64,000 bases of DNA from contig JBNRSN020000010.1 of assembly GCA_051313645.2 (NCBI GenBank), positions 36,146,001 to 36,210,000 on the forward strand, read 5' to 3'. Under the pieces are notes generated by a model. The model was not told where the DNA came from and ran no database searches. It saw only the letters and a program-made list of their open reading frames with translations. A program made the position numbers and the translations under genes. This DNA comes from Centroscyllium fabricii (Eukaryota). Below, one piece after another: positions 48,869 through 61,425 of this stretch. Every line of letters begins with the position of its first letter. Positions within the stretch are counted from its first letter, which is position 1.

Positions 48869-49280
48869 AAGCAGGATCTTATTTTCAATTCCCTGACCTC
48901 CTGTACTGAAGGCTGCGTTCCTGCACCTTGCCCAAGTGGCCATTTTCCCATGCTTGAGCCTAGACTAGGAGTGTGGATTTGCTGTTTGGCAGCAGTAGGC
49001 ACCACAACTTGGGGGCTGCCTGCTGGGAAATGCCGATCTTCTATTTGCTTCTTGGGACCTGGGACAGACTGGAAGAATCCAACAAGGCTTCTTTGGCAGT
49101 ACCTCCCAAACCCGCGACTTCTACCGTCTAGAAGGACAAGGGTAGCAGGCGCATGGGAACACCACCACCTCCAAGTTCCCCTCCAAGTCACACAGCATCC
49201 TGACTTGGACATATATCGCCGTTCCTTCATCGTCACTGGGTCAAAATCCCAGAACTCTCTACCTAACAGCACTGTGGGAG

Positions 49281-49440
49281 CAACGTTCCCGCTAAGCTGC
49301 GTGACCGCGGTCTGGAGGTCCCGCACAGACCGCGGTCTGGTTTTTCAATGCAAGAAACTGCGTGTCTGTGAAAATTTGAATGGGCTGCACAGCACGTAAA
49401 AAGGGACCGCACACCAAAAAATAAATTACAGGGAACATTG
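49281..49440. mobile_element. 160-bp hAT-like MITE in a LINE tail
   Basis: Termini CAACGTTCCC / GGGAACATTG. Flanks TGTGGGAG / CATGGGAG. Confidence 0.55.
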
Positions 49441-50642
49441 CATGGGAGTACCTTTACCATGCAGACTGCAGCGGTTCAATGCGGTGGCTCACCACCGCCA
49501 TCTCCGGGCAATTAGGGATGGGCAATAAATGCTGGCCTTGCCAGAGACGCCCAAATCCCAGGAATAAATAAAAAGAAAACCATCAATTCTGAAGACACCA
49601 GCCAAGCAGTAACTGTGTAGAATACCACTGCACCGCGGTAAAATCTGAGCAGAACCCTTTTCGCCAGGCTGGGGAGGAGATGGGGGAGATGTTATCTCAT
49701 TCCCCACGCGGGTCAAGACGCTGTCCAGTGGAGCACCGACTTGGAAGCCCGGCGTCCATTCCCAGGCCTGCGTTGAGTTTGCTGGTCTCAGCCAGGGAAA
49801 GTGCTGCAGTGTCACGGTGATCCGGGTCTCGGGAGGGGGGACAGAATTAGTCCGGGTTCAACTACCTGATGAGTGTGGATTGGAACAGCGACTCACCCGA
49901 ATACAGAAATACATGGAAATCACATCAATGGAAGTAGGCCATTCGGCCCAACCAATCTGTCTTGGTGTTTACACTCCACGCCAACAAATAGTTCTAATCA
50001 CATTTACCCACCCTGATCCCTTATTCCTTCAACCCCTTTCCCTTCATTCACCTATCCAATCGAATCTTCCACGCTGACCTCGTTTCTGCCTCTCACCCAC
50101 TAACACTGGAAGTGAATTCCACAGCCTCCCAACTCTCTGTGTGACAAAGTTGCTCTTGCCTTCTGTTCTAAATCGTTTACATTCAACCTTGTATCTCTGG
50201 TTCCTTATTCCAGACCCCTCAATGAGTGGATCCAGTCTGCTGCTATCTGTTCTGCCCCACGCTCTCATAGTTTTTAACACTTCTATTACAACGCCCCGTA
50301 CTGTGTGTTGTTCGCAGGAAGAAAGCCCCCAATTTCTCATGTCTTTCTTCGTATTCTCATACCAGGCACGATCCCAGTGAGTGTGCCCTCAATATCCTTC
50401 CCATGATGTGGAGCCCAGCACCGCACACAGTACTCTTACTGAGGTCTAAGTAAGGTTTTAGATGGAACCTTTTTTTGAAGGGGTGAATGAAAAAGAAATT
50501 AAACTTGTTCTCATGAAACAGCAGGACAGGCTCGGGTCAGCCTTGTCCTCTCGTGTTGCTGGGCCCTGTGTTTTTTAAAGTGATCTGACTGATAAGACAT
50601 TCTGCTACAATCAGACACTGTCAACCAGCCAGAACTGGAGGC

Positions 50643-51037
50643 GAGGGTTGCCAACTCTGGTTGGACGTATTCCTGGATGTTTCGTGACATGACCTCCGAC
50701 CTCCAAACACCCCGCCCCCACCCCACCACGTTCCCGCCATTGATCGCGCGACACGCCCATCATCGCGGAGTCCTGCCATCCCACGGTTAGTCGGAAAACG
50801 AACAGACCCTTAGTTACCAGACCGGGTGATTCTTCACTCTTAGTCAAGCAGCCTTCTCATCACATTCCAATATTTTTTATCACTAATAACAAAAGTGTTC
50901 AGAAGAACATTTTTCACAACACACTTTTTTTTAACTTCCCTATGATTTTTCTCCTGAATTTGCTGTCAGTAGCGTCCTGGAGATGAATCTTCAATTCCCG
51001 GAATCTCCAGGGCAGTCCTGGAGTGTTGGCAGCCTGG
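50643..51037. mobile_element. hAT Blackjack-like MITE
   Basis: Perfect 8-bp TSD CTGGAGGC (50635-50642 / 51038-51045). Termini AGGGTTGCCAAC / GTTGGCAGCCT. Confidence 0.8.
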
Positions 51038-51415
51038 CTGGAGGCTAAAGTTCAAACTAGGTTCATCAACCCTCTGGGATTGTCCCAGAGTCGCCAGGAA
51101 TTAAAGATTAATCTTCAAGACGCTCCTGCCAGCAAAGCCCGGGCAAAAAACCCCACTGGGGCATTAAGAAAAAAGATGTGTCTTTTCCATTTTCTTTGAA
51201 CACTTTTGTTTATTAATTATTAGAGATGCAAAAATAAAACTGTTGGACTGGGTTGAGTAGAAGGTGCCCATTCGGCCCATTGCGCCTGTGCTAGCTTTGA
51301 CCCTGAAATGAGCTTCCGACCATAACTATTTCCACCTCCATAAAATCACCCGTCTCCGCCCTTGCCTCAGCTCATCCGCTGCTGAAACCCTCATGTTGTT
51401 TCCTTTGTGATCTGG

Positions 51416-53432
51416 AGTGTATACGGGATGGTTTCCTGGACCAATATGTTGAGGAACCAACTAGAGATCAGGCCATCTTAGACTGGGTATTACATAAAGA
51501 GAAAGGATTAATTAGCAATCTTGTTGTGCGAGGCCCCTTGGTTCGGAGCGATCATAATGGGCCAGAAATTAGCCCTGGAGCCTTCGTGCGAGTGCAGTGC
51601 TCCTAGTTGCACTTACCCAGCACTTTTTCCGTTTTGAATTTTTGCACTGTGACTTTCCGAGTTGTACAGCTTGTCAGAGCTCTGTGGGAGTTGCTTCTGC
51701 AAATGAACGGCGTAATTAGTTCGAAATCTCCCACGAGATCACATGATCGGCAGGGAGCCAATCAATGGAAGCAATCCTCCATTCAAAACTTAAACGGAGA
51801 AATCTGTGTAACTTTTGAAAAGAGAGATCTTCCAAAACACATCTAAACGCAAAAATAAAATTTTAAAAGCACCACATTTTTTTAACAGTACTCCAACTAA
51901 CATAAATTACCTATCTTAAAGAAAAAAGAAAAATGTAGATTTTTTTTTACACTCTTTAACAGGCCTAAAAGAATACTTATCTGTCTTTAAAGTTAACAAA
52001 AATTATAAACCTGAAAGAACAACACTTAAAAGCAATAAAATAAAGACTTACCTGCTAAAAATGGGTGCTTATGACGACTATTTTGAAGCGTAGAATCTTC
52101 AGTACTTACCCCGATGAAAATCTTTTAAAAAATGGAAATTCACTGCGCACCTCGTGGTGTGCAGACTCCTGCATTAATCAACGCAGCAGCTCAACACCCC
52201 CCTCACCCCCCCCCCCCCCGCTGGCCACCTTCGGAAATGCATGGGCAGCTGCAAACGGCTGCTTCATGCGATTTGGAGCTCAGATGCGCTTGCACCCGAT
52301 GATAGAATTCTTCATTAAAATGGAGAGTGAAGGAGTTGACTCAGAGACCAGGGTCCTGAATTTCAATAAAGGAAACTACAATGATATGAAGTGCGAGTTG
52401 GGTAGGATTGATTGGGGAATGTCACTGAAAGGGTTGATGGTGGATAGGCAATGGCAAACATTCAAAGATCGCATGGATGAACTACAGAATTTGTTAATCT
52501 CAGTTTGGCATAAAAATAAAACAAAAAAGGTGACTCAACCGTGGCTAACAATGGAAATTAGAGATAGCATAAGATCCAAGAAGTGGACATATAAATTGGC
52601 CAGAAAAAGCAGTAAACATGAGGATTGGAAGCAGTTTAGGATTCAACAAAGGAGGACAAAGGGATCAATTAAGAGGGGGAAATAGAGTATGAGAGTTAGC
52701 TTGCAGGGAACATACAAACTGACTGTAAAAGCTTTTATAGATATGTGAAGAGAAAAAGATTGGTGAAGTCAAGCGTAGGTCCCTCGCAGTCAGAATCAGG
52801 GGAATTTATAATGGGGAACAAAGAAATGGCAGACCAATTAAATACATACTTTGGTTCTGTCTTCACAAAGGAGGACACAAACAACCTCCCAGAGATGTCG
52901 GGGAACATGAGGTCTAATGAAAGGGAGGAACTGATGGACATCAGTAATTGTAGGGAAATGGTGTTCGAGAAATTGATGGGATTGAAGGCCGATAAATCCC
53001 CATGACCTGATAATCTACATCCTAGGGTACTTAAGGAAGTGGCCCTAGAAATAGTGGATGCATTGCTGGTCATCTTCCAAAATTCAATAGACTCTGGAAC
53101 AGTACCCATGGATTGGAGGGTGGCTAATGTTACCCCTCTGCTCAAAAAAGGTGGTAGAGAGAAAACGGGGAATTACAGACCAGTAAACCTGACATCGGTA
53201 GTGGGGAAAATGCTAGAGCCCATTATAAAAGATGTAATAACAGAGTACTTGGAAAACAGTGACTGGATCGAGCAAAGTCAACATGGATTTACAAAAGGTA
53301 AATCGTGCTTGACTAATCTACTGGAATATTTTGAGTATAAGAGAGAACCAGTGGATGCGGTGCACTTGGACTTTCAAAAGGCTTTCGATAAGGTCTCACA
53401 TAAGAGATTAGCGTGTAAAATTAAGGCACATG
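51416..53432 (+). mobile_element. CR1 LINE ORF2 fragment, with a ~740-bp non-coding insert at ~51558-52298
   Basis: Endonuclease end (LDQYVEEPTR, SDH), LNFNKGNY, YFGSVFT, NYRPVNLTS, LDFQKAFDKV, ending at KIKAH where element D begins. Confidence 0.85.
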
Positions 53433-56400
53433 TGTGATGAACCTTTTGGTGTGGTTCACACTGTACGGTTATTGTATGTAGTTCTGTTTAATGTGTTTGT
53501 TATATATCTTGTTATATATCTGTTAATGCCTTTATCTTTCTGTAAGGACCTGTACCGGCTGACCCCACTTCTGGGTGCTAGTATAAAGGAGAACGCTTCG
53601 CCCACTTATCTCTCATTCCAGGCAGACTCATCGGGGATACGGTTCAGTTCCTTGTTAATAAAAGCCTTGTAGCGCCGGCAGGCCCAAAAACCACACGTGA
53701 GCCAGAGCTAGAGAAAAACACAGCTTTACTGAACAAGTAAAAAACAAGAAAGAGGCAGAACCACTCAGGACAGGCTTATTTAAACGGTCCCGCGGTTGGT
53801 GACGTCATCGCGTCGGCCGACGTGATGACGTAGTCGCGTCACCCGGATGAGCGGGGCTCTGCTCCGCGGAGTCCCCGTGGCGGATTCGATATCCCCGTGG
53901 GTGTACCGCCACAGCCTCTTTATTAAGAAACTCGCTACCGTCATAATTTGAGGTATCTCAATTTTATTAACAAGAATTTTAAAATGAGCCAACAGCAGCA
54001 GAACGAAAATCAGCAGCCAGCAGCATCGGAGAGTTGGAAGACAATTGTAAAACCGAAAACTCTTGACCTCAACCCCCAGGCACCGAACGCGTCGAATGAT
54101 TTTGAACACTGGCTAAGCTGTTTCGAGTCGTACCTTGTCGTGGCCGGAGTCAGCGATGCGCACAAGAGAAGAGTCCTGGTCTCCTGCGTGAGTGGCAGGG
54201 TGTATTCCCTAATTAAGAATGCAACGGAATACAATGCAGTGATGGAGCTGCTGAAGGCTCGATATCTCCAGCCAGTCAACGCGGTCTATGCTCGCCATCT
54301 ACTCGCCACGCGGCGGCAACAGCATGGTGAGTTGAATGAGGAGTACTTGGAGGCTCTTCAAGCTCTTGTTCTGTGCTGCGGATGCGCCCCTGTTAACACC
54401 CAGGAGCACATGGAACTCATCGTCCGCGATGCCTATGTGGCGGGCATCAGATCGGCCCCAGCCCGCACCCGCCTGCTCGAGCAGGATAACGTATCCCTTA
54501 ATGAGGCAGTGAAACTTTCCAACGCGGTGGATGGGGCCCTCCGGAGCCTAGATTCGTACACCGGGCACGGCTCCCACATGGTTTCCCCTGGGCCTTGGGA
54601 CTCGCGTTCGACGCACTCGACGGCAACCGTTGCGGCCACGACGCCATCTAGGCCGCCAGCGCCTCCAAAATGCTTCTTTTGCGGCCAGAAACGCCATCCA
54701 TGAAGCTCCTGCCCAGCGAAGGTGTCTTCATGCTCCAGATGTGGCAAGAAGGACCATTTTGAAAAGGTCTGCCGATCGGCCCCGGAATCAGCCCGGAAAA
54801 CGGCAGCGGCCTGCGATGTCCATGCCACAGAGTGGCCTCAGGTACCTAGCGCGCCCCGACAGCGACCCTCGCAGAAATCGCAGCCCTCACAGAACTCGCA
54901 GAAATCGCAGCCCTCGCAACAATCAGTACAGCGGTCCTCTGAACGATCGCCACCTAGCCTACCTCAAATGCGGCCTGCCGTCGTATTTTCCCGCACTCCG
55001 CCATCTTTGGGGGCGCGGGCATCTTCTTCTCCGGTCGTTTCCCGCGCTCCGCCATCTTTGGGGGCGCGGGCATCTTCTTCATCGCCGGTTTGGCGCGAAT
55101 CGCGAGCACCATCTTGGATCATGGCAGCAGCGGCCCCGTCCCAGCCCAGGGCACCGCCATCTTTGATCAAGTCAACTCGGATCCTGGCAGCAGCGGCCCA
55201 GTCCCAGCCCAGGGCACCACCATCTTTGATCCAGTCAACTCGGATCCTGGCAGCAGCCTCCCAGCCCATGGCGCCGCCATCTTTGATCCAGTCAACTCTA
55301 CCGAGGCAGCAGTGGCCCAGTCCCAGCCCAGGGCGCCGCCATCTTTGATCCAGTCAAGTCTACCAATGCTGGCAGCAGCAACAGGCAGCTCAGGAGCAAC
55401 TCCACTGATCCTGGCTGCAGCAACAGGCAACTCTGGGGCAATTCAGCATTCTGGCACTTGTACGCCACAAGCCCTTCGGTCCTCCCAACGGCTTTCCCAG
55501 CGACCCACCCAGCAGTCCTCCCAATGGCCCAAAACGCCACCGCGGCCGGCCGCGTGCGAATCACGGGCGCCGCCATCGTTCGCAGACCTGATAACGCCGG
55601 ACCCTGCATTGCACAAGGGCCCCAGGGCGCACACCACACTTGCCTCTACGGCCCTCAACCAGTCTCTACCTCATCCTCTCATGTCATCGATGATGCCCAT
55701 CTGGGTGGAGGGGCACCTCACCCGATGTCTGTTCGACACTAGGAGTACGGAGAGCTTCATACACCCTGATATGGTGCGCCATTATTCCCTCAGGGTTAGG
55801 CCCACACATCGTAAAATCTCCCTCGCTTCCGAGTCCCAGACTGTGGACGTCATCGGCTGCTGTACAGTCACCATTACCGTGAAGGGGTCGACATACCGCG
55901 ACTTTCAACTGTACGTCCTCCCACAGCTCTGCGCCCCTCTGTTGCTTGACCTGGACTTCCAGTGCAACCTGCAGAGCGTGACGATGGTGTACGGCGGTCC
56001 CCTGCCTCCTCTCATGGTCAGCAGCCACGACTGCCCTGCCTCACAACCACACTCCTCTTGCGGTCTGTCTTCCTTGAAGATAGACCCCCCCTCACTGTTC
56101 GCCAACCTTGACCCTGACTGCAAGCCCATTGCAACCAAGAGTCGGCGATACAGCGCGGGGGACCGGACCTTCATCAAGGCAGAGGTTGCTCGGTTGTTGC
56201 GGGAGGGCATCATTGAGGCCAGTAACAGGCCGTGGCGGGCCCAAGTGGTGGTGGTTAAGTCTGGCGACAAACAGCGCATGGTCATCGACTATAGCCAGAC
56301 TATTAACCGCTACACTGGGCTCGACGCTTATCCGCTTCCTAGAATCAATGACATGGTCAATCAGATTGCTCAGTATAAGGTCTTCTCCACCATCGGCCTT

Positions 56401-58440
56401 AAGTCGGGATATCACCAGCTCCCCATCAGAGCTGAGGACTGTAAATACACTGCCTTCGAGGCAAATGGGAGCCTTTTTCACTTCCTCCGGGTCCCCTTTG
56501 GGGTTACCAACGGAGTTTCGGTTTTCCAACGAGAGATGGACCGAATGGTTGACCAGTATGATTTGCAGGCCACATTCCCGTATTTGGACAATGTCACGAT
56601 CTGCGGCAATGACCAGCAAGATCATGATGCCAATTTGGACAGGTTTCTCCGTACGGCCCAGCGTCTGAACCTCACTTACAATGAGGATAAGTGCGTTTTC
56701 AGCACTAACCGGTTGGCTATCCTCGGCTACGTGGTTGAGAACGGGGTCCTCGGCCCCGATCCCGAACGTATGCGCCCCCTACAGGAACTGCCCCTACCGC
56801 ACTCCCCCAAAAGCTTTGAGGAGATGACTGGGGGTTTTCTCTTACTATGCACAATGGGTTCCCCATTATGCTCTCCTCAGGGCTACCTCCTTCCCACTTC
56901 GGTTAGAGGCCCAAATTGCTTTTTCTCACATCAAGCAAGACATCATCAAGGCTACCATGCACGCCATTGATGAGTGTCCCCCCTTCCAGGTCGAAAGCGA
57001 TGCCTCCGACTTCGCCCTGGCCGCCACCCTTAACCAGGCAGGCAGGCCCGTCGCTTTCTTCTCCCGTACCCTGCAGGGCCCTGAAGTCCGCCACTCTTCA
57101 GTGGAAAAGGAAGTCCAAGCAATCGTGGAAGCAGTGCGCCACTGGCGCCACTATTTGGCCGGTAAACGATTTACCCTTCTTACTGACCAGCGGTCAGTCG
57201 CGTTTATGTTCCACCATAAACAGAGGGGTATAATCAAGAATGACAAGATCCTCAGGTGGCGGATCGAACTCTCTGCTTTTGAGTATGACATTCTGTACCG
57301 GCCAGGGAAGCTTATCGATCCCCCGGACGCCCTGTCCCAAGGAACGTGTGCCAGTGCCCAGTCGGGTAGTCTGAAAACCCTCCACGGTCACCTCTGCCAC
57401 CCGGGGGTCACCAGGCTCACTCATTTAGTTAAATCCCGCAATCTCCCTTATTTCATTGCGGAGATCAAGGCGATGACGCAGGAGTGCCCTGTCTGTGCTG
57501 AGTGCAAGCCCCAGTTTTACAGGCCTGTCAGGACGCACCTCATCAAGGCCACCCGCCCATTCGAGCGCCTGAGTGTGGACTTCAAAGGTCCCCTCCCCTC
57601 TACCAACCGTAACTCGTACATTCTCACTGTGCTCGACGAGTTCTCCCGTTTCCCTTTTGCATTCCCATGCCCAGATATGACGAGTGCAACAGTGATAAAG
57701 CATCTTATCACGCTATTCGCCATTTTCGGCCTTCCTGGCTTCATACACATCGACCGGGGGTCCTCATTTATGAGTGACGAACTGCGTCATTTTCTGCTCG
57801 CGAAGGGGGTTGCCTCGAGCAGAATGACCAGTTACAACCCCTGGGGGAACAGTCAGGTAGAATGTTATAATGGGACCATCTGGAAGGCCATCACTCTGGC
57901 CCTTCGATCCAAAGGCCTTCCAACCTCCCATTGGCAGGAGGTCCTCCAGGATGCGCTCCATGCTACCCACTCCCTCTTGTGCACAGCCACCGGTTGCACA
58001 CCTCACGAGAAACTCTTCTCTTTCCCCAGGAAATCGACTTCGGGGACGTCCCTGCCGACGTGGCTGACCAACCCGGGGCTGGTTTTGCTTAGAAAACATG
58101 TCCGTGGCCACAAGACGGACCCTCTTGTCGAACGTGTGCGCCTTCTGCATGCCAACCCTCAGTATGCCTACGTGGCATACCCAGACGGGCGTGAGGATAC
58201 CGTCTCGATTAGAGACCTTGCGCCCGCTGGAGACATTCACACTGAGTCGTTGGCGGAGCCCTTGCCCTCCCAGGTCACATTTTCACAACAGGGGCCGTCT
58301 TTTCATTCACCTGCGCACACCACATCAGGACCCTCGTTACTTCCGATGCACGACGGAGCTCATCGCTTTGCTCATCCTACTCTTCCGGGGGCTGCTACAC
58401 CTCCACCAGCTCTTCTCGTGCCTGAGATACATCTAGTTCC
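53433..58440 (+). mobile_element. Gypsy (Mag-like) LTR retrotransposon D, 3' LTR lost, non-tRNA PBS
   Basis: 5' LTR at 53433-53960 (split by a solo LTR), gag ATG at 53984. ORF pieces 53948-54703, 54722-55348, 55090-56970 and 56957-58450. No PPT or 3' LTR. Confidence 0.9.
53668..53913 (-). mobile_element. 246-bp solo LTR inside the 5' LTR of element D
   Basis: TGTAGCG...CGCCACA termini and 4-bp TSD GCCT (53664-53667 / 53914-53917). Ends and TSD length resemble the CsRn1-like LTR at 1066. Strand inferred from TATA- and AGTAAA-like motifs. Confidence 0.82.
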
Positions 58441-58444
58441 CTCA

Positions 58445-58827
58445 TTATAGAGCCGTTTAAAATCCTGACTGGTTTAGACAAGTTAGATGCGGGCAGAATG
58501 TTTCCAATGTTACGGAAGACTAGAACCAGGGGTCACAGTCTAAGGATAAAGGGGAGGCCATTTAAGACTGAGATGAGGAGGAACTTCTTCACCCAGAGAG
58601 TGGTGAATCTGTGGAATTCTCTGCCACAGAAGGTTGTTGAGGCCAGTTCGCTAAATATATTCAAAAGGGAGTTAGATATAATACTCACAACTCAGGGGAT
58701 CAAGGGGTATGACGAGCAAGCAGGAATGGGGTACTGAGGTAGCATGTTCAGCCATGAACGCATTAAATGGCGGTGCAGGCTCGAAGGACCGAATGGTCTA
58801 CTCCTGCACCTATTTTCTATGTTTCTA
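58445..58827 (+). mobile_element. 5'-truncated CR1 3' end
   Basis: TRGHSL...RRNFFTQRVVNLWNSLP and tail ctatgtttcta. Confidence 0.85.
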
Positions 58828-59749
58828 ATATCTCCAAGTTTGCAGATGACACAAAGCTGGGAGGGCATGTGTGCTGTGAGGAGAATGTCGAGAAACTCCA
58901 GTATGATTTGGCATGCTTAGTTCGAACACTGCTTAATAGTTAGAGGAAGTTTGTCCTGGACATGGGATTCTGATCCCCACTGAAGTTAATGATAGCTAGC
59001 GATAAACCTGTCAGATACATTAGCTGGTAGGGATTTTCAGGCCTCAAATCCAGGCCTCAATGTTTACACTGACTAAATCAAGATGACCTCCTTTTATGCA
59101 GGGGTGAGAATACTTCCGATTCAGATTGTTTCCTCACATCCCACAGAACATTCCCCAGTCGCCAGAATATTCCCAGAGGTAGACCAGCAGCGCTAGGGTT
59201 AAAAGAGTTCAGTAACTGAGGCCTCGGCTCAAGGCTTCTAGGTGAACTTCAAAGGCTTTAGGCCCATCATTAGCCATATGGACAGATCGTCAAAAGAATT
59301 CAGACGCTTTGCTCTCTGGGTTGTCAAGGGTGACACTTTACTCAATTACCAGGAAGCCGAGTCCCATTATTGAGACTGAGTGTGTGTCAAGACAGAAGGT
59401 TACACGGGGTAGCTTTCCCACACTCTGTGCCTGAGTGTCAATACCTGTCTTCTTTGTGAGGCTTCGGCCACAGAGTTGTGTTGTGTCAACACTAAGGAGG
59501 GCCCCCCTACCTTGATCTGTTACCGTCTGCAAAACAGATTTAGCCTCTTGTGTATTTTTTGTGTGTGGGAGTTATAGGGGTATTTTGGACTGTGACCTTG
59601 TGATGAGAATAGATGGCTTCAGGTTACAAGCCAACGCGAGCTTTGTTTAGCCGACGTTAATGGCAAACTTTAAACAAAGTCTTGGGTGGTCATTTCCACA
59701 GCTTCTTTCTTCTGTCCTATCCTTTACCCATAACACTGTAACTATCAGG

Positions 59750-60187
59750 AAAAACTGAACAGACTGGGGTTCTATTCTCTAAAAGAAGAGAAGGCTGAGG
59801 GGTGACCTGATAGAGGTCTTTAAAGTTATGAAGGGGTTTGATGTTTGATAGGGTAGATGGAAAGAAAATGTTTTCACTTGTGAGTTTTTCCAAAACTATG
59901 GACCAAAAATATAAGATAGTCACTGTTCCATCCAATAAAGAATTTAGGAGAAACTACTTTACACAGAGTGGTGAGAATGTGGAGCCCACTACCACAGGGA
60001 GTCGTTGAGGCGAATCGCATAGGCGCATTTAAGGGGAAGCTGGATAAACACAGGAGAGAGAAAAGAATCGAAGGATTTGCTGATAGGGTGAGATGAATTA
60101 AGGTGGGAGGAGGCTTGTGTGGAGCATAAACACCGGCACAGACCAGTTCGGCCAGACGACCGGTTTCTGTGCTGTAAATTCTATGTA
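59750..60187 (+). mobile_element. Old CR1 3' fragment
   Basis: agaaggctgaggggtgacctgatagagg and tttacacagagtggtgag motifs, with CR1-type 3' end. Confidence 0.7.
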
Positions 60188-60429
60188 ACACCAGCCCTCT
60201 GTTTATGTCTCCAGCAGGACTGAGAGATGGGTGGCCTCCCGGTGTGATCTCAGGGAGGGTGGCCTGTTGGTACAACATTCTGCATCCCATTTGCCATGAG
60301 ATTCAAGATACTTTGGCCACTGACGCATCAGGATATGGAAATAAAATTTCCCAGTAGGCCGCAGAGGATAAATCGCAGAGAAAGCAGAAGAGTTGGCCTT
60401 TCACTGAAGGTGTAGAACTGAGCGAGTGC

Positions 60430-60938
60430 TGCATCCTTAAAACATTATCTGGCCAGATTCTCATTGCTCTCTGTGGAACCTTGCTATGCGCTAATTGGCT
60501 TCCACTGTTCCACATTACAACAGTGACTACACTTCACAAAAAAGTACTTCATTGGCTGGAAAGTGCTTTGGGACATCCTGAGGAAACGCTGCAGCTAATT
60601 TGGGCACAGCAAGCTCCCATTAACAGCAACAAGATACCAATCAGATTTTTTTTTAAGAGATGTTGGTTGAGGGATAAATATTGGCCAGGACATCAGGGAG
60701 AACTCCTCTGCTCTTATTTGCATAGTGCCTTGGGATCTTTTACATCCACCTGAGAGGGCAGATGGTGTCTCGGTTTAACGTTTTATCTGAAAGAGGGCAC
60801 CTCCGACAGTGCAGCACTCCCTCAGTATTGGCACTGGAGTGTCAACCTGGATTTTGTGCTCAGGTCTCTGGAGTGAGGCTTGAACCCACAACCTTCTAAC
60901 TCAGAGGTGAGTGGGCCACCCACTGAACCAAGGCTGAC
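60430..60938. mobile_element. Two DeuSINE pieces in opposite orientation (+ ~60430-60580, - ~60581-60938)
   Basis: Similarity to 11476-11937 on both strands. Confidence 0.65.
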
Positions 60939-61275
60939 GTCTTAAAGGCACAGGAAGGAAGTGGCCAGGGCAGTAAGTGCCAATTCAACCACTTCCCACT
61001 CAGCCACATGGTGCTGGAAGGAGTTCAATCATGTCAACCAAGATGAGAGACGTCACCTACAAGAATGAACTGTATTAAGCATGCATTCTTTCCTCTCCAT
61101 CACACTGTATTAAAGGGCTTTAATTGATTACCATAAATGGTTATACGGCCACACCATTTCCTTGACATCCCCAGCTTCATCTAGCGGTGTTCGTTCATTG
61201 ACAACAACTATTTATACAGCACCTTTACTGTAGAATGTTTCTACTAAAATTTGCTTATCTTTTAACTCTGATCAG

Positions 61276-61425
61276 GTACAGGCAATGAAGGAGAAATTGA
61301 AAGCGGCCAATGTGCAGACCAGCGAATCCGAGAATAGTTTATTCAGGAGGTACCAGGAGGTGACCACTACGCTGCAGGAAAAGGACGACATGATTCAGAG
61401 GCTGGAACAACAGTTGGACAAACAG
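61276..61425 (+). CDS. PLEKHH1: Internal coding exon of PLEKHH1-like gene: VQAMKEKLKAAN...LEQQLDKQ
   Basis: TCAG acceptor, 150 nt in phase 0, CAG|GTAT donor. In frame with the 36025 exon. Coiled-coil peptide of the PLEKHH1/2 family. Confidence 0.8.

Noticed and set aside
50468-50490. TTTTGAAGGGGTGAATG, matching the PPT/LTR start of elements A and B
   Set aside because: No LTR or internal sequence follows, and it is too short to call.
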